Of a DNA stretch of 64,000 nt, positions 12,081 through 24,099 are shown piece after piece (the first letter of the stretch is position 1; each line of letters starts with the position of its first letter). A model generated the notes under the pieces. The model was not told the DNA's origin. It did no database searches and worked only from the letters and a program-made list of their open reading frames with translations. A program made the position numbers and the translations under genes. This DNA is from Lama glama. Taxonomy: Eukaryota. Location: NCBI GenBank assembly GCA_028534125.1, contig CM052817.1:44270001-44334000 (forward strand), in the 5' to 3' direction.

Positions 12081-15000
12081 CTGAACTTGATTTGCCATTC
12101 CTTTTGGCACAACAGATAAAAGGACAATTAAACTTGTTTCTTGAACAGTATCATAGGGGAATCTCCGCCACTGGAAAAGGTTAAACACAGACCTTCTGTT
12201 AGGGATAAAGTGGGAAATATTTCTTTCTGCGCTGGGGAGGAGGCTGACCCAAATGACCTCTAAAGTCCCTTTGAACTCCTAGACCCTATAACTCATGAAC
12301 ACCACTCCTTAAGAGAGTGTTTCAGCCGCCTAAAGCCTGTTCCCAGGTAGAGTAAATTACCACGCTCTGATTAAAATAAGATAATAGCTGCCCTGGGACT
12401 TGGATGCCTAAATACTAACTCATCCAAAATGTGGACACATCCCTAGGGGAGAAAGGCTCTTGCTAGTCATCAGACACACTCTGGAAAGAGCAGATGTGCT
12501 TCAGGGTCTTCTCAGAGCCAAGACTTAAAACCATTCCCAGGAAAATAGAGAAGCTAGGGGTCAAGATTAAAATGGAAATAAACAGTATGACACTAAACTG
12601 AAGCTTCTGTTTCCCAGCCAACTACAAATCCATTTAAGAAACGTCTGAATTTAGCCTTGAAGCTAAAATGGTTATAACTGAATATAACCATGCCATAAGC
12701 TAGAAAATACTGCATTTGATATATAAGGATAATATCAAATAACTAATGTCGTATTTACCTAGGATGTCACACTAAGATGTTCAAGTTCAAGAACGCCTGC
12801 CTAATGTGGAGGACAAGTTATTCTGACTGAACTTTTCTTCAATCTGAACAGGAGAGGCAGTTTGTAGGGAAAAAATCTAATTCCAAAGGAGTAACTAGGG
12901 AAACTTTTCACACATAAATCAACTCTGGAATGATTCTTTTCTCTCAACACACTCTTCTTTTGTTGAAATCATACAGGGAAAAGGAGGGGCAGCAAATTCT
13001 ACCATGAAGGAGTCAGTGTAGAGACTTTGGGGCTAGGTTTGGAGAATCTTCTGCATTCACTGGGGTTGTTTTAAAGACATAACTGTAAACACTACGCTTC
13101 AAATATTAACTGAATGAACAAAGTGAAACAGTTGAACAATTCCTTGGGAATTGTATGAAAAGACTTTTTAACTTTGTAATCAACTCCTACCACAGCTTGC
13201 CCTACCACAGCTTCTTCAAAAAAAAAAAAAGTCTCCTGTTTTCAAACTGTAAGTAATTTAATCTTAATTTTAGTGACAAGGGGGAATGTGCAGAGAAAGC
13301 AGTTATCTCCTCCGTACACATTCACTTTGCAAAAGTCTCCTCTATTTTTTGAATGATAGAGGTCTTAGACACAAGAATTCTGTGGGACTAAGCTCACATC
13401 TGGTTGGCAGACCTGGTGTTGGATATGATTGTGGCCACACAACTAAATCTTAAATTCACATACTGTTCCTATTTAACTGACATATATGAACTAACTAATT
13501 TATAGAAAATGTGCAGCAAATTATTTCTTCCACCTCCCCCATGCCTCAAGAATGCACCAACGACAAGTGTTATTGAAAAAGACGGCTCTCCCCCAGAACA
13601 TTTGCATTCCTAGCCACTCTCCAATTATTTAAAGCAGATATTGTTATTTTAGTTATTTGAATCAGTATCTGGATATAAGTGTGCTTGTGTGTGTGCTGGG
13701 GAAGGCGGAGGGGGAGTAATGTAACCATATAAACTTGTAAACTTGACCTCTCTGAACCTCAATTTCCTCGCCAGAAAAATAAAGGGATAAGTCCAGAGAC
13801 TATGCAAATTCCCTCAGTAACAACAATCTATGACCACTAATCACCAAGAGGAGACCTGAATTCTTAAGAGTACGTCGTTAAATATTCAAGTTTAAAATGA
13901 CTAGAAGACCCACAGTTACACTTCAACATGACCGCGGCACATTTTCTGGCGGTGGAGAACGTCTTTGAAAGCACTTCGGCAGCTGAGCCACCAAACCTGG
14001 TTAGAACATGCAGAGGGGCCCTGAGAGATTCTGTGGGAGCGGGTGCAAAAAGCGAGTGTGTCTGGGGGAGGAGCTGGGAGAAAAGTTGGGGGTTCTAAGA
14101 GCATAGTCTTGCATTTTGCATTTCTGGGCTTCCAGAATCTCCGTAAGACTTTCGTCTGTACCTGCAAAATGTCTCAAGCCACCACCTGCAGCCACACAGT
14201 TGTGGGAAGGAGAAGATAAACGGAAAAGGAGGTGGTAGAGCGGGAAGAACTTCGTTCGAGGCGCCCACAAAGCCCGTGGGGCGAAAGTGGACTCTGAACA
14301 GCGACAAAGAAAAGGGGAAAGAGAAAGAAGAGAACTCCGCCTTTCCCACCCGGCTCTGCTCCTTTCAGTAAAAAGGAAAGGCTGCCGCCGCCCCTTCCCT
14401 CCGCCTATCACCCGGGGATGCGGAGCCAGGTCTGAAACCGCACCCTGGAAGTCCCGCTGCCCTCGGACGCCGTCGGGTCGCGGGCTGAGCCTTGCACCCT
14501 CAGAGGCGCTGCAAACTCGGGGCCAGAGCATCACCCCGCCTCCATCCCTCGCTCCTTCGCCCCAGGCCGGTGGCACCCGATTCTCCACGCACCGCCCTCC
14601 CTTCCTCTTCCTTGCATCCCCGGCCCTCCGCCCCGGGCCTTCCAACCGCAGAGCATTTTAAGACTTCTACCCACCCTGACAAGGGGGCCCTTTGAAAACT
14701 TTGTGTCTGTGTGTCTAGGGCTTTTGTCCACATCCTGGGCAGGGCCCGGTCACCGACGTGGGTGCCTGAGGGTGTCCGGGATCTCACAATGAGCTGAGGA
14801 AGCCACCACGGTCATCCCATCCCTTTATTTCTGACCTGCTTCTACAACCGTGTGACACAAGTGCTTGGGCTAACGATTCCCACGCCCTGGTCGCCACTCG
14901 GCACGGGGGAGCCGGGAGGAAACCCCCGCACCCGGCGCCTTTCTCCACTGTCACGAGGGAAAAGGTGTGCGCTGGGAGAAGGAGGCAGCCAAGAAACAAC

Positions 15001-15321
15001 CGTGGCTAAAAGGATCCTTTAAAAGAAAAAACAGGAAAAGGGTCCTTTCTCTCCTACATCCCCGGAATCGAGAGGATACACTGTTGCATCACGTAGTAGC
15101 CGAGCCTCTGGGCTCCTCGCCCTCCCTTCAGCCCCAGACGCGCGCCCAAATTCATGCACACACCCACAGCCGCCGCCGCCGCCGCCGCCGTACAGAGCCC
15201 ACGCCCCGGCTCCTAGTATTCCCCGCTAGCACCCTCCCGAAAGCAGGGACCCCCACACCGCCCCACCCCACCCCGGCGCCAGAGGAGCAGCGGACGGGGA
15301 TTGCGAGGCCCCAGCACTCAC

Positions 15322-15348
15322 AGACGGTCTCCCAACGGCCACGGCCAT
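15322..15348 (-). CDS. SEPTIN11: Septin-11, first coding exon (9 codons, MAVAVGRPS); rest of the gene lies beyond the left window edge
   Basis: Minus strand reads gccgcg ATG GCC GTG GCC GTT GGG AGA CCG TCT then gtgagt (consensus donor, 15321-15316). The peptide matches the septin-11 N-terminus as I recall it. Strong Kozak context, CpG-island location, and adjacency to SOWAHB as in human 4q21. Confidence 0.93.
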
Positions 15349-15500
15349 CGCGGCTGCGGCTCCAGCTGCGCCTGGGTGCTCTCTGCCAACACTGGCTGCT
15401 GCTTGGGCTCCGGCTCGCCTCCCCCGCGCCTCCCTTGCGGCTGCGCTCTGCTAGCGCCCGGCTCCCGCGCGCCACCAGCGGCATCTGCTCCCCCCACGCC
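15349..15500 (-). other. SEPTIN11: SEPTIN11 5' UTR (TSS approximate)
   Basis: GC-rich leader ggcgtggggggagcagatgccgctgg...gcagccgcg resembles my recollection of the human SEPTIN11 leader. TATA-like TAATAAA lies just upstream at 15521-15515. Confidence 0.65.
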
Positions 15501-17757
15501 GCCGCCCCTCCCGCTTTATTAGAGCAACATGGCCACCCGCCTGGAAGGGACCATTTGCTTCCCCAGGAAGGGGTGTGAGCCTGCGCACCCGGACTGAGGC
15601 GGTGGGAGGGAGGATGGTGGGCCAGCCTTCTGCCCGGGTCAGCCAGCTAGGGTCTTAGGGCTCGCCCTCCCCAAATATAGCGGCCAGCCCCAGAATGACC
15701 TTCTTGGGTGCCACCGAGATGCCCCCAGCCTGTGTGCCGGCCGCCACCCCCCGTTCCATCACATGCTGGAGTCCGAGTAAAAGCCTGGGCGCGGAGGTCC
15801 CAGTCCCGCGTCCCGCCACGCGTTTCGCCAAGCGCATGGCTGGAGCGGCTGCGGAGAGATGGGACACTTGGGCGAGACAGGTCCACGGGGACAGCATCTC
15901 GCGGAAAGTTAGCCCCAGGCAAGCACGCCCAACCCGGAGGAACTGGCTTGGAAGGGGTGCGGGCCGCTAGGGAGAGCGGTAGGCGACCTAGGTGGGGCTG
16001 GGCAGATCCCCGCAAGGGAAGAGTTGCCCCTCCACAGGTCTCTTCCTAAGGGAGAGACTAAAAGGCCGGCAGCTGGAAGCTGTCACTGTAGCGTGCGGCC
16101 GGGTAGGCGACCAGAGCAGATAGGAAGAGGCCGTAGTAGTTGCTGCCGCAGACGGCTAACCGCCTGCTGGAGAGGAAGAAAAGGACGCCTCCGCTGGAGA
16201 ATTAAAGCAGCTGTTGGCTGCCCTAGAGCGTGGGGGCCGAGGCCTCCCCCGGGTGTAACGAGAGAGCTGGGCACACGTGAGAGCTCAGCCGAATTTTTTG
16301 ATCGCTGGAGACCCGATGACCCGGAGGCAGGCGCGCGGGGCTGCGGCTGGAGGGCGCGGCGACGGCGCCAGGCGGGTGACCCTGGAGTCGGTGCGACTCC
16401 GAGCGCGTGGGACTGAGAAATTGCTTCATGATGGGAAAGGATTTTTCCAGCAGATGTTGGGGCATTCCTGCGTGTCTGGATGTCGGGCATAATGGCAGGG
16501 TCCTGGTGCGTCCCGGTAGCGCGGTACCGGTGCAAGGTCTGGGCGGTGAGGCGTGCCGGAGGTGCTGTAGGTTCCCCCAGCCTCTCACGGGGCAGGGGAG
16601 GGGGATCCACGGCGACAGGTGATTGAGTGTAGCGTCTGTTGGACTGGATCCAAGCGCAGGGAAAATGTGGGGTGGCGATGAAGGGCTGTGATCAGCCCAC
16701 GGGATTGCGCCCTCAGGGAAAACCCGGCCTATTCAATTAGGTGAAAGACAAACCACCTCTTTAGACTGGGGCGTCTCAGAGTCTGACCTGAGACCTCAAG
16801 CACCCAGGTTTCTCCGGGCCTTGCCTCTGCCTTTCCCGCGATATCTGCCCACGATGGGCCCCAGGATTCAAACGCGCCTCTCAGCCTTTGGCTATGGATG
16901 AGTGGGCTCCGAGCGCGCGTCCCAGTGCTGAGAGGCAGACACTGGCTTGCCCCCGGACGGGTCGAGAGGCTAAATTCGACCGGCTGGACGCTGGTGGGAC
17001 AGCCAGGAATGAAAGTCTCCATGAAAGATGAGGATCTCTGAATGGGGGCTCTTCAGTCTGTGGGCGGGCCCAGACCGGCAGAACACTAACCTCTTCAGTT
17101 CTGATCAGTTTCTACCCCTAGACTTCAAATCTTCTGAAGACAAGGACCACCATTTTATATCGAGCATATTTTGGGCACGCTGTAAGTGTTGTGTTAGGAT
17201 TACGACTTGCATGGATGCTAGGCAAAGGGAGGGGGAAGAAATGCTTCTCTCTGCCGCTTTCTGTGTATAGATACTTTGCTCCTTGTCCCAGAGGGAAGAT
17301 TAGACAGCGGCACTGCCCATGGACAAGAGGTCTTAGGTAAACCCTATGAAAAGACAGCTCCGCAGGCTGCCAACCGGATGTAAGGGCAATTTCAAACCAA
17401 CTCTCCACCTTGTGTTTTGTTGACCATACCACACTGCAGGATTTTGTTGATTGTTTTTAATTTTGTTTACTTATTTTGCTGGCAAATGCTTATATTGAAA
17501 ATATCTGATTAGAATGTGAACTCCTTACCTTTGTTGGTAGGTTAGTTTATTCTCATCACAAATGCTGGAAACACAATTCACATACCATACAATTTACCAG
17601 TTTAAAGTACACAATTCAGTAGTTTTTTTTTTTTTAATATATTCACCAGTTCCAGTCTCACAATTTCCTCCCTTTGTTCCTTCAGTCCTAGGAGTGGTAA
17701 CAACTTAACGTTATTAGTCTTTCCAGGACTTGCCATACCTTATTTATTCTACTTTAT

Positions 17758-17920
17758 TGCTTCCCAAATTTTAGTACATACAAATCACTTGAGAATCCTG
17801 TTAAAATGCAAATTCTAAAATCAGTAGGTCTTGGGTGGCACCTGATAGACTTTAGTTCCATCAAGCTCCCAGGTGATGCTCATATTGCTGATCAGCTGAT
17901 AATTCCAGACTAACAAGTGT
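17758..17920. mobile_element. MER5A-like DNA transposon
   Basis: aatcacttgagaatcctgttaaaatgcaaattct...aagctcccaggtgatgct. Confidence 0.7.
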
Positions 17921-18049
17921 TTACAGTTCTAAACTAATCCCTTTATATAAGATTCTTTTTTCATTTGAAACATCTGCAGTAATTTTTTTCCACTAAGACT
18001 TTGATATATATGGAAATGAAAAAAAAATCAAAATTGTCACTCATAAACT

Positions 18050-19250
18050 CAATCTCCTTCTTTCCCTGTTGTTAAAACAGTTGTTTAAAAATTCATTCTA
18101 GCCAATGTTAAATTTACCAATAATTCTCGAACTCTACCCTGCTCATGCTTTTTATTCTATTTGAAAATCAGTATAATATTTGCCCTTCTTCAGTCTTTGG
18201 CATTTCTTATTTTTCTCTGGTTTCCCAAAGTTGGCTAATATTGATTCTACAATCACTTACACAAAGTCTTTCATGGATAATTTATTTTAGTCCTAGAAAG
18301 TTTAACTCACTTAAAACAATCAGTTGCTCATTTACCACATTGGATTTCAGTAGCCTTTTAATCATGTTTACACTACATTTTTAATTTTTAAAAGATTACT
18401 CTGTTTGAGAGAGGAGGCAAATAAAAGTTAAGGAGGTTTGACTTTTCTTTGCCATCTGATAGCATATCATCAGTACCACATGGTGACTTTCATCCTTTCT
18501 TTTCATCCTCTTGTGGCAAGTCTTACTTGACAAGCAATACATTTTGAAAATTTTGTGATAGTATTTGTAAAAGCAAAAATTATCTAAACCTACAAGAAAG
18601 TGTCAATCCTTGTAGGCTTGTGCTACTCTTTAATACATGCTGTTTTTAAAATCTGATCTCATTAAGGAGCATCCTGTGAAGTGACACATTCTCCCTGGAG
18701 TAAGATGACTTGGCCTGATGGTCAGTCTCCTTGGCAGCCAGCCCTGGAGCTGAGTCAGTTCCCATAGTACTGGCATCTCTAATTCTCAGATAATTCCTTT
18801 CTCGCTATAGCCAGTTATTGTGGTATCTGGCTATACCACAATACCTTTTTCTATGTATGTAGTTGTATGTAGAAAATGTATGTAGTTGAAGTCCCTTCAA
18901 CTACTAGATACATTGCCTCTAAGTTGGAATAGAATTATACATACATACCTGTATATTCTGACAGCAATATCACTTCTATATTCTCACATTTTATCTCAGC
19001 CCATTTGCTCCCCATCATTCTACCATCAACAATGTCCACCAGCTGAATGGGGTTACACTGCACCCTCATCATTCTTCTTGTAAACTTGTTCCTTTTGAAT
19101 GAGATAAAACTGTCTTATTTCAGTCATAAGTTCCTTGCTACCTCATCTATCAATATCTGTTGGATTGCATTCATCTCCTTTTGCTACTTTTTTTCAAGTT
19201 CAGATTGCTTTGCCATTAATTCTCTCTTTCCAAAGTAAGATTTCAAAATT
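18050..19250 (-). mobile_element. Ancient CR1/L3-like LINE remnant
   Basis: atttgcccttcttcagtctttggca...aactcacttaaaacaatcagttgctc resembles antisense L3 ORF2. Highly diverged. Confidence 0.4.
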
Positions 19251-19542
19251 CACTGGCACTATACTTCTGTTTCATTTAGTTCTACTTGGATAAACAGAAG
19301 TGGATATTGGTTGGTTGGTATAACAAATTTTGGCAGGTTATGCTCCATGCTTCATTATTATAATCTGTTATAATATATGTAACATTATTACACCCTATTA
19401 TATTCTGTTATAACAGAATTAGCCATTGCAAAGCTGCCTCTTTATTCATCCACAGTGAAAAACATGGCCTTGCGATTCAGGACAATTAGATTCATGTTCC
19501 TTCACTGCCAAATATCATAAGCTATGCAGTTTTTTTAATTGA

Positions 19543-19990
19543 TGTATTTGTTTGAATATAGGCTAAGTTGCTGTAATAGAGATACCCCAAAACTCAGTGG
19601 CCCAAAAAAGATGTTCATTTCTCTCTTGTGAAATAGTCCAGGAGGTGGTGGTGAGCAGTCCAGAGAGACTGGCAGCTATGCTTCTTGAGATCATCCAGGG
19701 ATCCATGGTCCTTCATTGCTGCTTCTTGCGCCATCAACTTCTGATCGTTATCTCACCTGCTGTGATCTAAGCTGGTTCACCAAAACCATATTCATAGTCT
19801 AGCCCATGGGAAGGGTGAAGAAGAGGAAGTGGAAGGAAAGCAATATCCTTTTAAGTAAATGACATGGTGATAGCCACGTCACCTCTGCTCACAGTCCACT
19901 GCAAAAACTCAGTCACATGAACATTCTCTGTAGGGGTAGCTAGGATATGTAATCTCTTATATAGCAACAATATGCCCTCTAAAACATGGG
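19543..19990 (-). mobile_element. MLT1 (MaLR) LTR remnant
   Basis: taggctaagttgctgtaat...ccccaaaactcagtggc...ctcagtcacatg. Confidence 0.6.
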
Positions 19991-20275
19991 AGAAGGATCC
20001 TATTTATAAAAGGAAGAAATGAGAAATGGATACTGGGAGAAAATTGCAATTTCAGAGGTAATATATTTACACAGTTAAAAAATAAAATAATAGAATGAAG
20101 TATTATAGATTGAATATTCCATAGAATGAATTAGTATAGAATGATGTCTCCTACCTTATTCACCCTCTGTCTAGTCCTCACCCCTCTCCTCAAGAAGGAA
20201 GTACTTCATTAGTGTCCCATGTATCTTTCCAGAGTTTTCTTAAGCAACTTCAAGCAAATATAAATATATGTTCTT

Positions 20276-20350
20276 GTCTTTGTATTTTCTGCTCAATTCT
20301 GCTGTGAACTTGAAACTGCTCTAAAAAATAAAATCTATTAATTAAAAAAT
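20276..20350 (+). mobile_element. Short L1MC-type 3' tail inserted in an older antisense L1
   Basis: ctcaattctgctgtgaacttgaaactgctctaaaaaataaaatctattaattaaaaaa. TSD atatatgttctt at 20264-20275 and 20351-20362. Confidence 0.65.
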
Positions 20351-21634
20351 ATATATGTTCTTATTTCCTACCCTGTTCCGTTTTACATTTTAAAAAACCC
20401 TATACTGTGTGTATCATCCTGCACCTTGTTTTATTTAACAATGTGTTTTGCACATTCTTTTATATAAGTGTCTAATTATCATCCTCAATCTTTTATACTA
20501 CTGCCTAGTATTTTTAATGTTGTACTGTTATCTATTTAACAGTTCCATTGGCAAATTCCGAGTTGTTTCTAATCTTTTGCCATTACAAACACTGCTACAA
20601 TAATAATCTTGTGCTTGTCATTTTGAACATATGAAAGCATATCTGTAAGATACATATCCAGAAGTGAGATTAGCCAATCATATGATATTGAGCCAGCTTT
20701 TGATCTCTTTGAGTCCCATTTTCTTATGAAATGAAGCTCATATTCACCTCATGGATATGGTTATTGTGATAATGAAATAAATATAAAATTACTGTACACA
20801 GTATCAAAAACATAAAACAGAGTTACATTTATCAAAATATGTACAAGATTGATACTGTAAAAAATACAAAACACTGTTGAAAGAAAACAAAAGAAACCTA
20901 AATGAAGGGATATACCATGTTCATGGATTAGAAGACAATATTTTTCAAATGTAATTCTCCCCAAATCAATTTATATATACAATGTAATCCCAACTGAAAT
21001 CCCAGGGAAATTTTTTATAGAAATTAACAATCCAAAATTTATGCAGAAACATGAAAGACCTAGGATAGCTAAAACAATTTTGAAGAAGAACAAAGTTGTT
21101 GAACTTGACCTGATTTCAAGACTTACTAAAAAGATATAATAATCAAGACATTGTTTAATTGGCCAAAGTACAGTTGCACAGTCCTTTGAAAGAGTCCAGA
21201 TGTAGACCCATACGTGTATGGTCAGTTAATTTTTAACAAAGGTGCCAAGGCAGTTTCATGGGAAATGATGGCCTTTTCAACAAATCATGCCAGAACCATT
21301 GGATATCTATATAGAAAAAAAGAGAACCTCAACCCTTATTTCATTTATACACAAATACTAAATCCAAATGGATAATAAACCTAAATGTTAACACTGAAAG
21401 AGTGACACTTCCAGAAAAAAAATAAGAAAAATCTTAATGACCGAGCGAGACAATAATTTCTTAGAGGGGACAGAGAAAGCATTAACTGACAGGACATCAT
21501 CAAAATTCAAGCCTTTGCTCATCAAAAGGCACTCTTGAGAAAATGAAAAGGCAAACCACAGACTGGGGAAAAAATATCTGTAATACTTACAAAAAGGTTT
21601 TTTTTAATGAGTAAAATATGTGAACACACATATC

Positions 21635-22144
21635 TGTTAGGAGGCAAAGATATCAAATAACATCCTATGAACTGAGAAGGAAGTTTGAGACTGAAAAATG
21701 AAGTAGGCAACTCCATAAAGTGAAATTAATGAAGTTTCTGGCGGGTAACTTATACACAGGCAAGATCGGGCAGACAACGATCCAATCCAGAGGCATTCAC
21801 AGCTGCACTCTGCGACCCTGAATGGGGTGCAAGAGAATTTATAGGGGCCAGAGCTAAAAATAGAACTTGACTCCAAGGGAGAAGCACATCTGCACTGGTG
21901 GGAACTGGGGCTTTTCCTCCCCCTGGGGGTCTCATGACAATTAACCATCTGCATCAGCAAAAGGCATTCTTCCCATTTTCACATCAGATGAAGGCAAGGA
22001 TAAAAGTTGATAGGGAACTTACCTAGCTTGAGCACATTCCTTGAGAGTAGGCTAAAGGTCAATCATGCAGAGAGGGGAGGGGTAAGACTGTGGGCCAAAG
22101 ATAGAGCTAACAAAATGGATTCAGTATGGTTCAGCCAGATAACA
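21635..22144 (-). mobile_element. Solo LTR (ERV-like, 510 bp)
   Basis: Non-L1 block interrupting the L1, bounded by the inverted termini TGTTA...TAACA, with minus-strand TATAAA at 21843-21838. No clean TSD seen. Confidence 0.7.
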
Positions 22145-22718
22145 TTGTGAAAGAGATATATGTTTGGGCAAGTGCACATGAAATGATACTCAACATCACC
22201 AGTCTTTAGGGAAATGCAAATTAAACAGTTACATACCACCTACTAAAATGGTGAAAATTAGAGAAACTGGCAATACCAATTGTTAGGAAGGATGTGGAGT
22301 AACTGGAATTCTGACGCACTGTTAGTGAGAATGTAAAATATTCGATCACTTTGGAAAAACAGCTTGGCAGTTTCTTATAAAGTTAAACATATAATTACCA
22401 TATAATTCAATAATTCCAATCAGAGGTTTTTACACAAGAGAGATAAGAACACATATCCACAAAAAGAATATTTATAGCAGCTTTACTCATAATAGCCAAA
22501 AAAATGGAAACAATCCAAGAGTCCTCAACAGGTTATTATGGAATTATGGAAAATCTATACAATTGGACACTACTCAACAATAAAATAAACTACAGATACA
22601 TGCAAAATGTGGATAGGTCTCAAAAGCATTACTTCAAGTCAAATAAACCAGACAAAAAAAGTACACAGAAATAATTCCATTTATATGAAAGTCTAAAAAC
22701 ACAAAACTGTAGTTACAG

Positions 22719-22880
22719 AGGACAGTATAGTACAGTGGTAGAGTGCATGCCTAGCATGCATGAGGTCCTGGGTTCAAACCCCAGTACCTCCATTAAAAAT
22801 AAATAAACCTAATTACCTCCCCCCAACAAAAAAAAGATAAATAATTTAAAACATACCGTTTTTTTTTTTTTAAAAAAAAA
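22719..22880 (+). mobile_element. tRNA-Ala-derived SINE, long form
   Basis: cagtggtagagtgcatgcctagcatgcatgaggtcctgggttcaaacccc...taattacctcccccc. Degenerate TSD aaaactgtagttacaga / aaacctgtagtaacaga. Confidence 0.92.
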
Positions 22881-23229
22881 AAACCTGTAGTAACAGAAAG
22901 CAAAATAATGGTGGCCTGGGTTCTCAGGAAGGGAGGATTGACTTGAAAGGGCACAAGAGTTGAAAGCGGGCATACCAGTTTTTGGAGTGATGAAACTGTT
23001 CTAAATTGTGATTGTGGTGATGACTACATGGGTGAATTTATTTGTTAAACCTTATTGATCTGTATACTTATATTGGGTGTATATTATTGTATATCAGTTA
23101 TACATCAATAATATTTATTTTTGAAATTACTGTACTAGTGTAGCTGTTGTTATGTTAAAACCTGTAAGAGCAGGTCTCTTTCTCTAGAAGTCATCACATA
23201 CCATCAAACTTCTGTTGAGATTTATTGAA

Positions 23230-23420
23230 TGGCTACTCTGTCAGACATCATGCATATTTCATTTAGTCATCACAGCAGCCCTCTGATTTCTCCCTGTTTT
23301 ACAGATGAAGATGGTGAAGCACAGAGACATTAAGGAAATTGTCTAATGTCCAATTATCATTGTGATACTAGCAAACAGCACAGCCAGGATTCAAACTTAG
23401 GTTTGTTAGACTTCATCCCC
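23230..23420 (-). mobile_element. MIR SINE
   Basis: ttttacagatgaagatggtgaagcacagaga...gccaggattcaaact. Confidence 0.65.
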
Positions 23421-24099
23421 TCCTTAGCACCCGCACCTTTCTTCATGCAGCTCTTACCAAGTCTAAGGAGAATCACCTGTGTCACTAAAACACTAAGAAA
23501 CAAAAGGTTTGGCATTTGAAGGAGAATCTTTAGATGTGAGGAAACAGCTGATCAAGCAGCCCTACTCGGTTCTTACTGAGTATATGTTTAGCACAACCTG
23601 GAACATCTCCTATGTGTATGCACTCAACATATATTCACTGTTGTTGTTTTGCTATAGTATTTCACCTGATACTTCCTTCCTGCTGCCACTACCATACTGA
23701 CACCCAGGGTCTGCTGATCCCATTTAATGCTCTGGTCCCAACCCAGGTAAAACACCTCCCTATTTCCCCCTCAGCCCAAAGTAAAATTGACTGGAATATT
23801 GAAGAAGAAAAAAAATAAAAGACTTTCATTCTAGTGGCGTATAAAAGGGAAATAAGCAAAGTGCACAATCAGAATGAAAACCACGTGACTTACAAAATAT
23901 TTACCATCTATTCATTAAATGTTTATCAATCATACACTATGGAAACAAGCAAAGTGTAAAACAATGTGTATATTATGCCCCATTTCCATAAAAAGAAGAA
24001 AGAGAAAGGCTTCTAAGTGAATGTGTATAGAATATCTTCAGAAGAACGCACAGGAAACTGCTAATAGTGTTTGCCTCTGTGAAAGGGCATATAGAGCCA

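Larger units (their letters stand above)
1..15321 (-). other. SEPTIN11: SEPTIN11 intron 1 (partial)
   Basis: Lies downstream of the exon-1 GT donor. No septin exon-2 peptide (NEELRNLSLSGHVGF-like) recognised in the window. Confidence 0.85.
14240..17090. promoter_or_regulatory. CpG island / promoter of SEPTIN11
   Basis: Visibly GC- and CpG-dense about 2.8 kb against an AT-rich, CpG-depleted background. Contains exon 1, a GC box (about 15502-15512) and TATA-like TAATAAA (minus, 15515-15521). Confidence 0.9.
20800..23120 (+). mobile_element. Old L1M element (degenerate ORF2 3' part and 3' UTR), interrupted by an LTR and a SINE
   Basis: L1 ORF2 hallmarks: ataccatgttcatggattagaagac, tttttaacaaaggtgccaagg, gggaaatgcaaattaaa, ctttactcataatagccaaa. 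Confidence 0.9.

Noticed and set aside
13186..13213. 13-bp direct repeat cctaccacagctt
   Set aside because: Small slippage-type duplication with nothing inserted between the copies.
13916..17022. Many 70-214 aa ORFs in the SEPTIN11 CpG island
   Set aside because: Stop codons are depleted by GC content, the ORFs overlap in all frames, and none has a recognisable motif. Only the 9-codon SEPTIN11 exon is supported.
19402..19419. 18-bp perfect palindrome attctgttataacagaat
   Set aside because: A 9-bp arm is about what chance gives in 64 kb of AT-rich DNA, and there is no supporting context.
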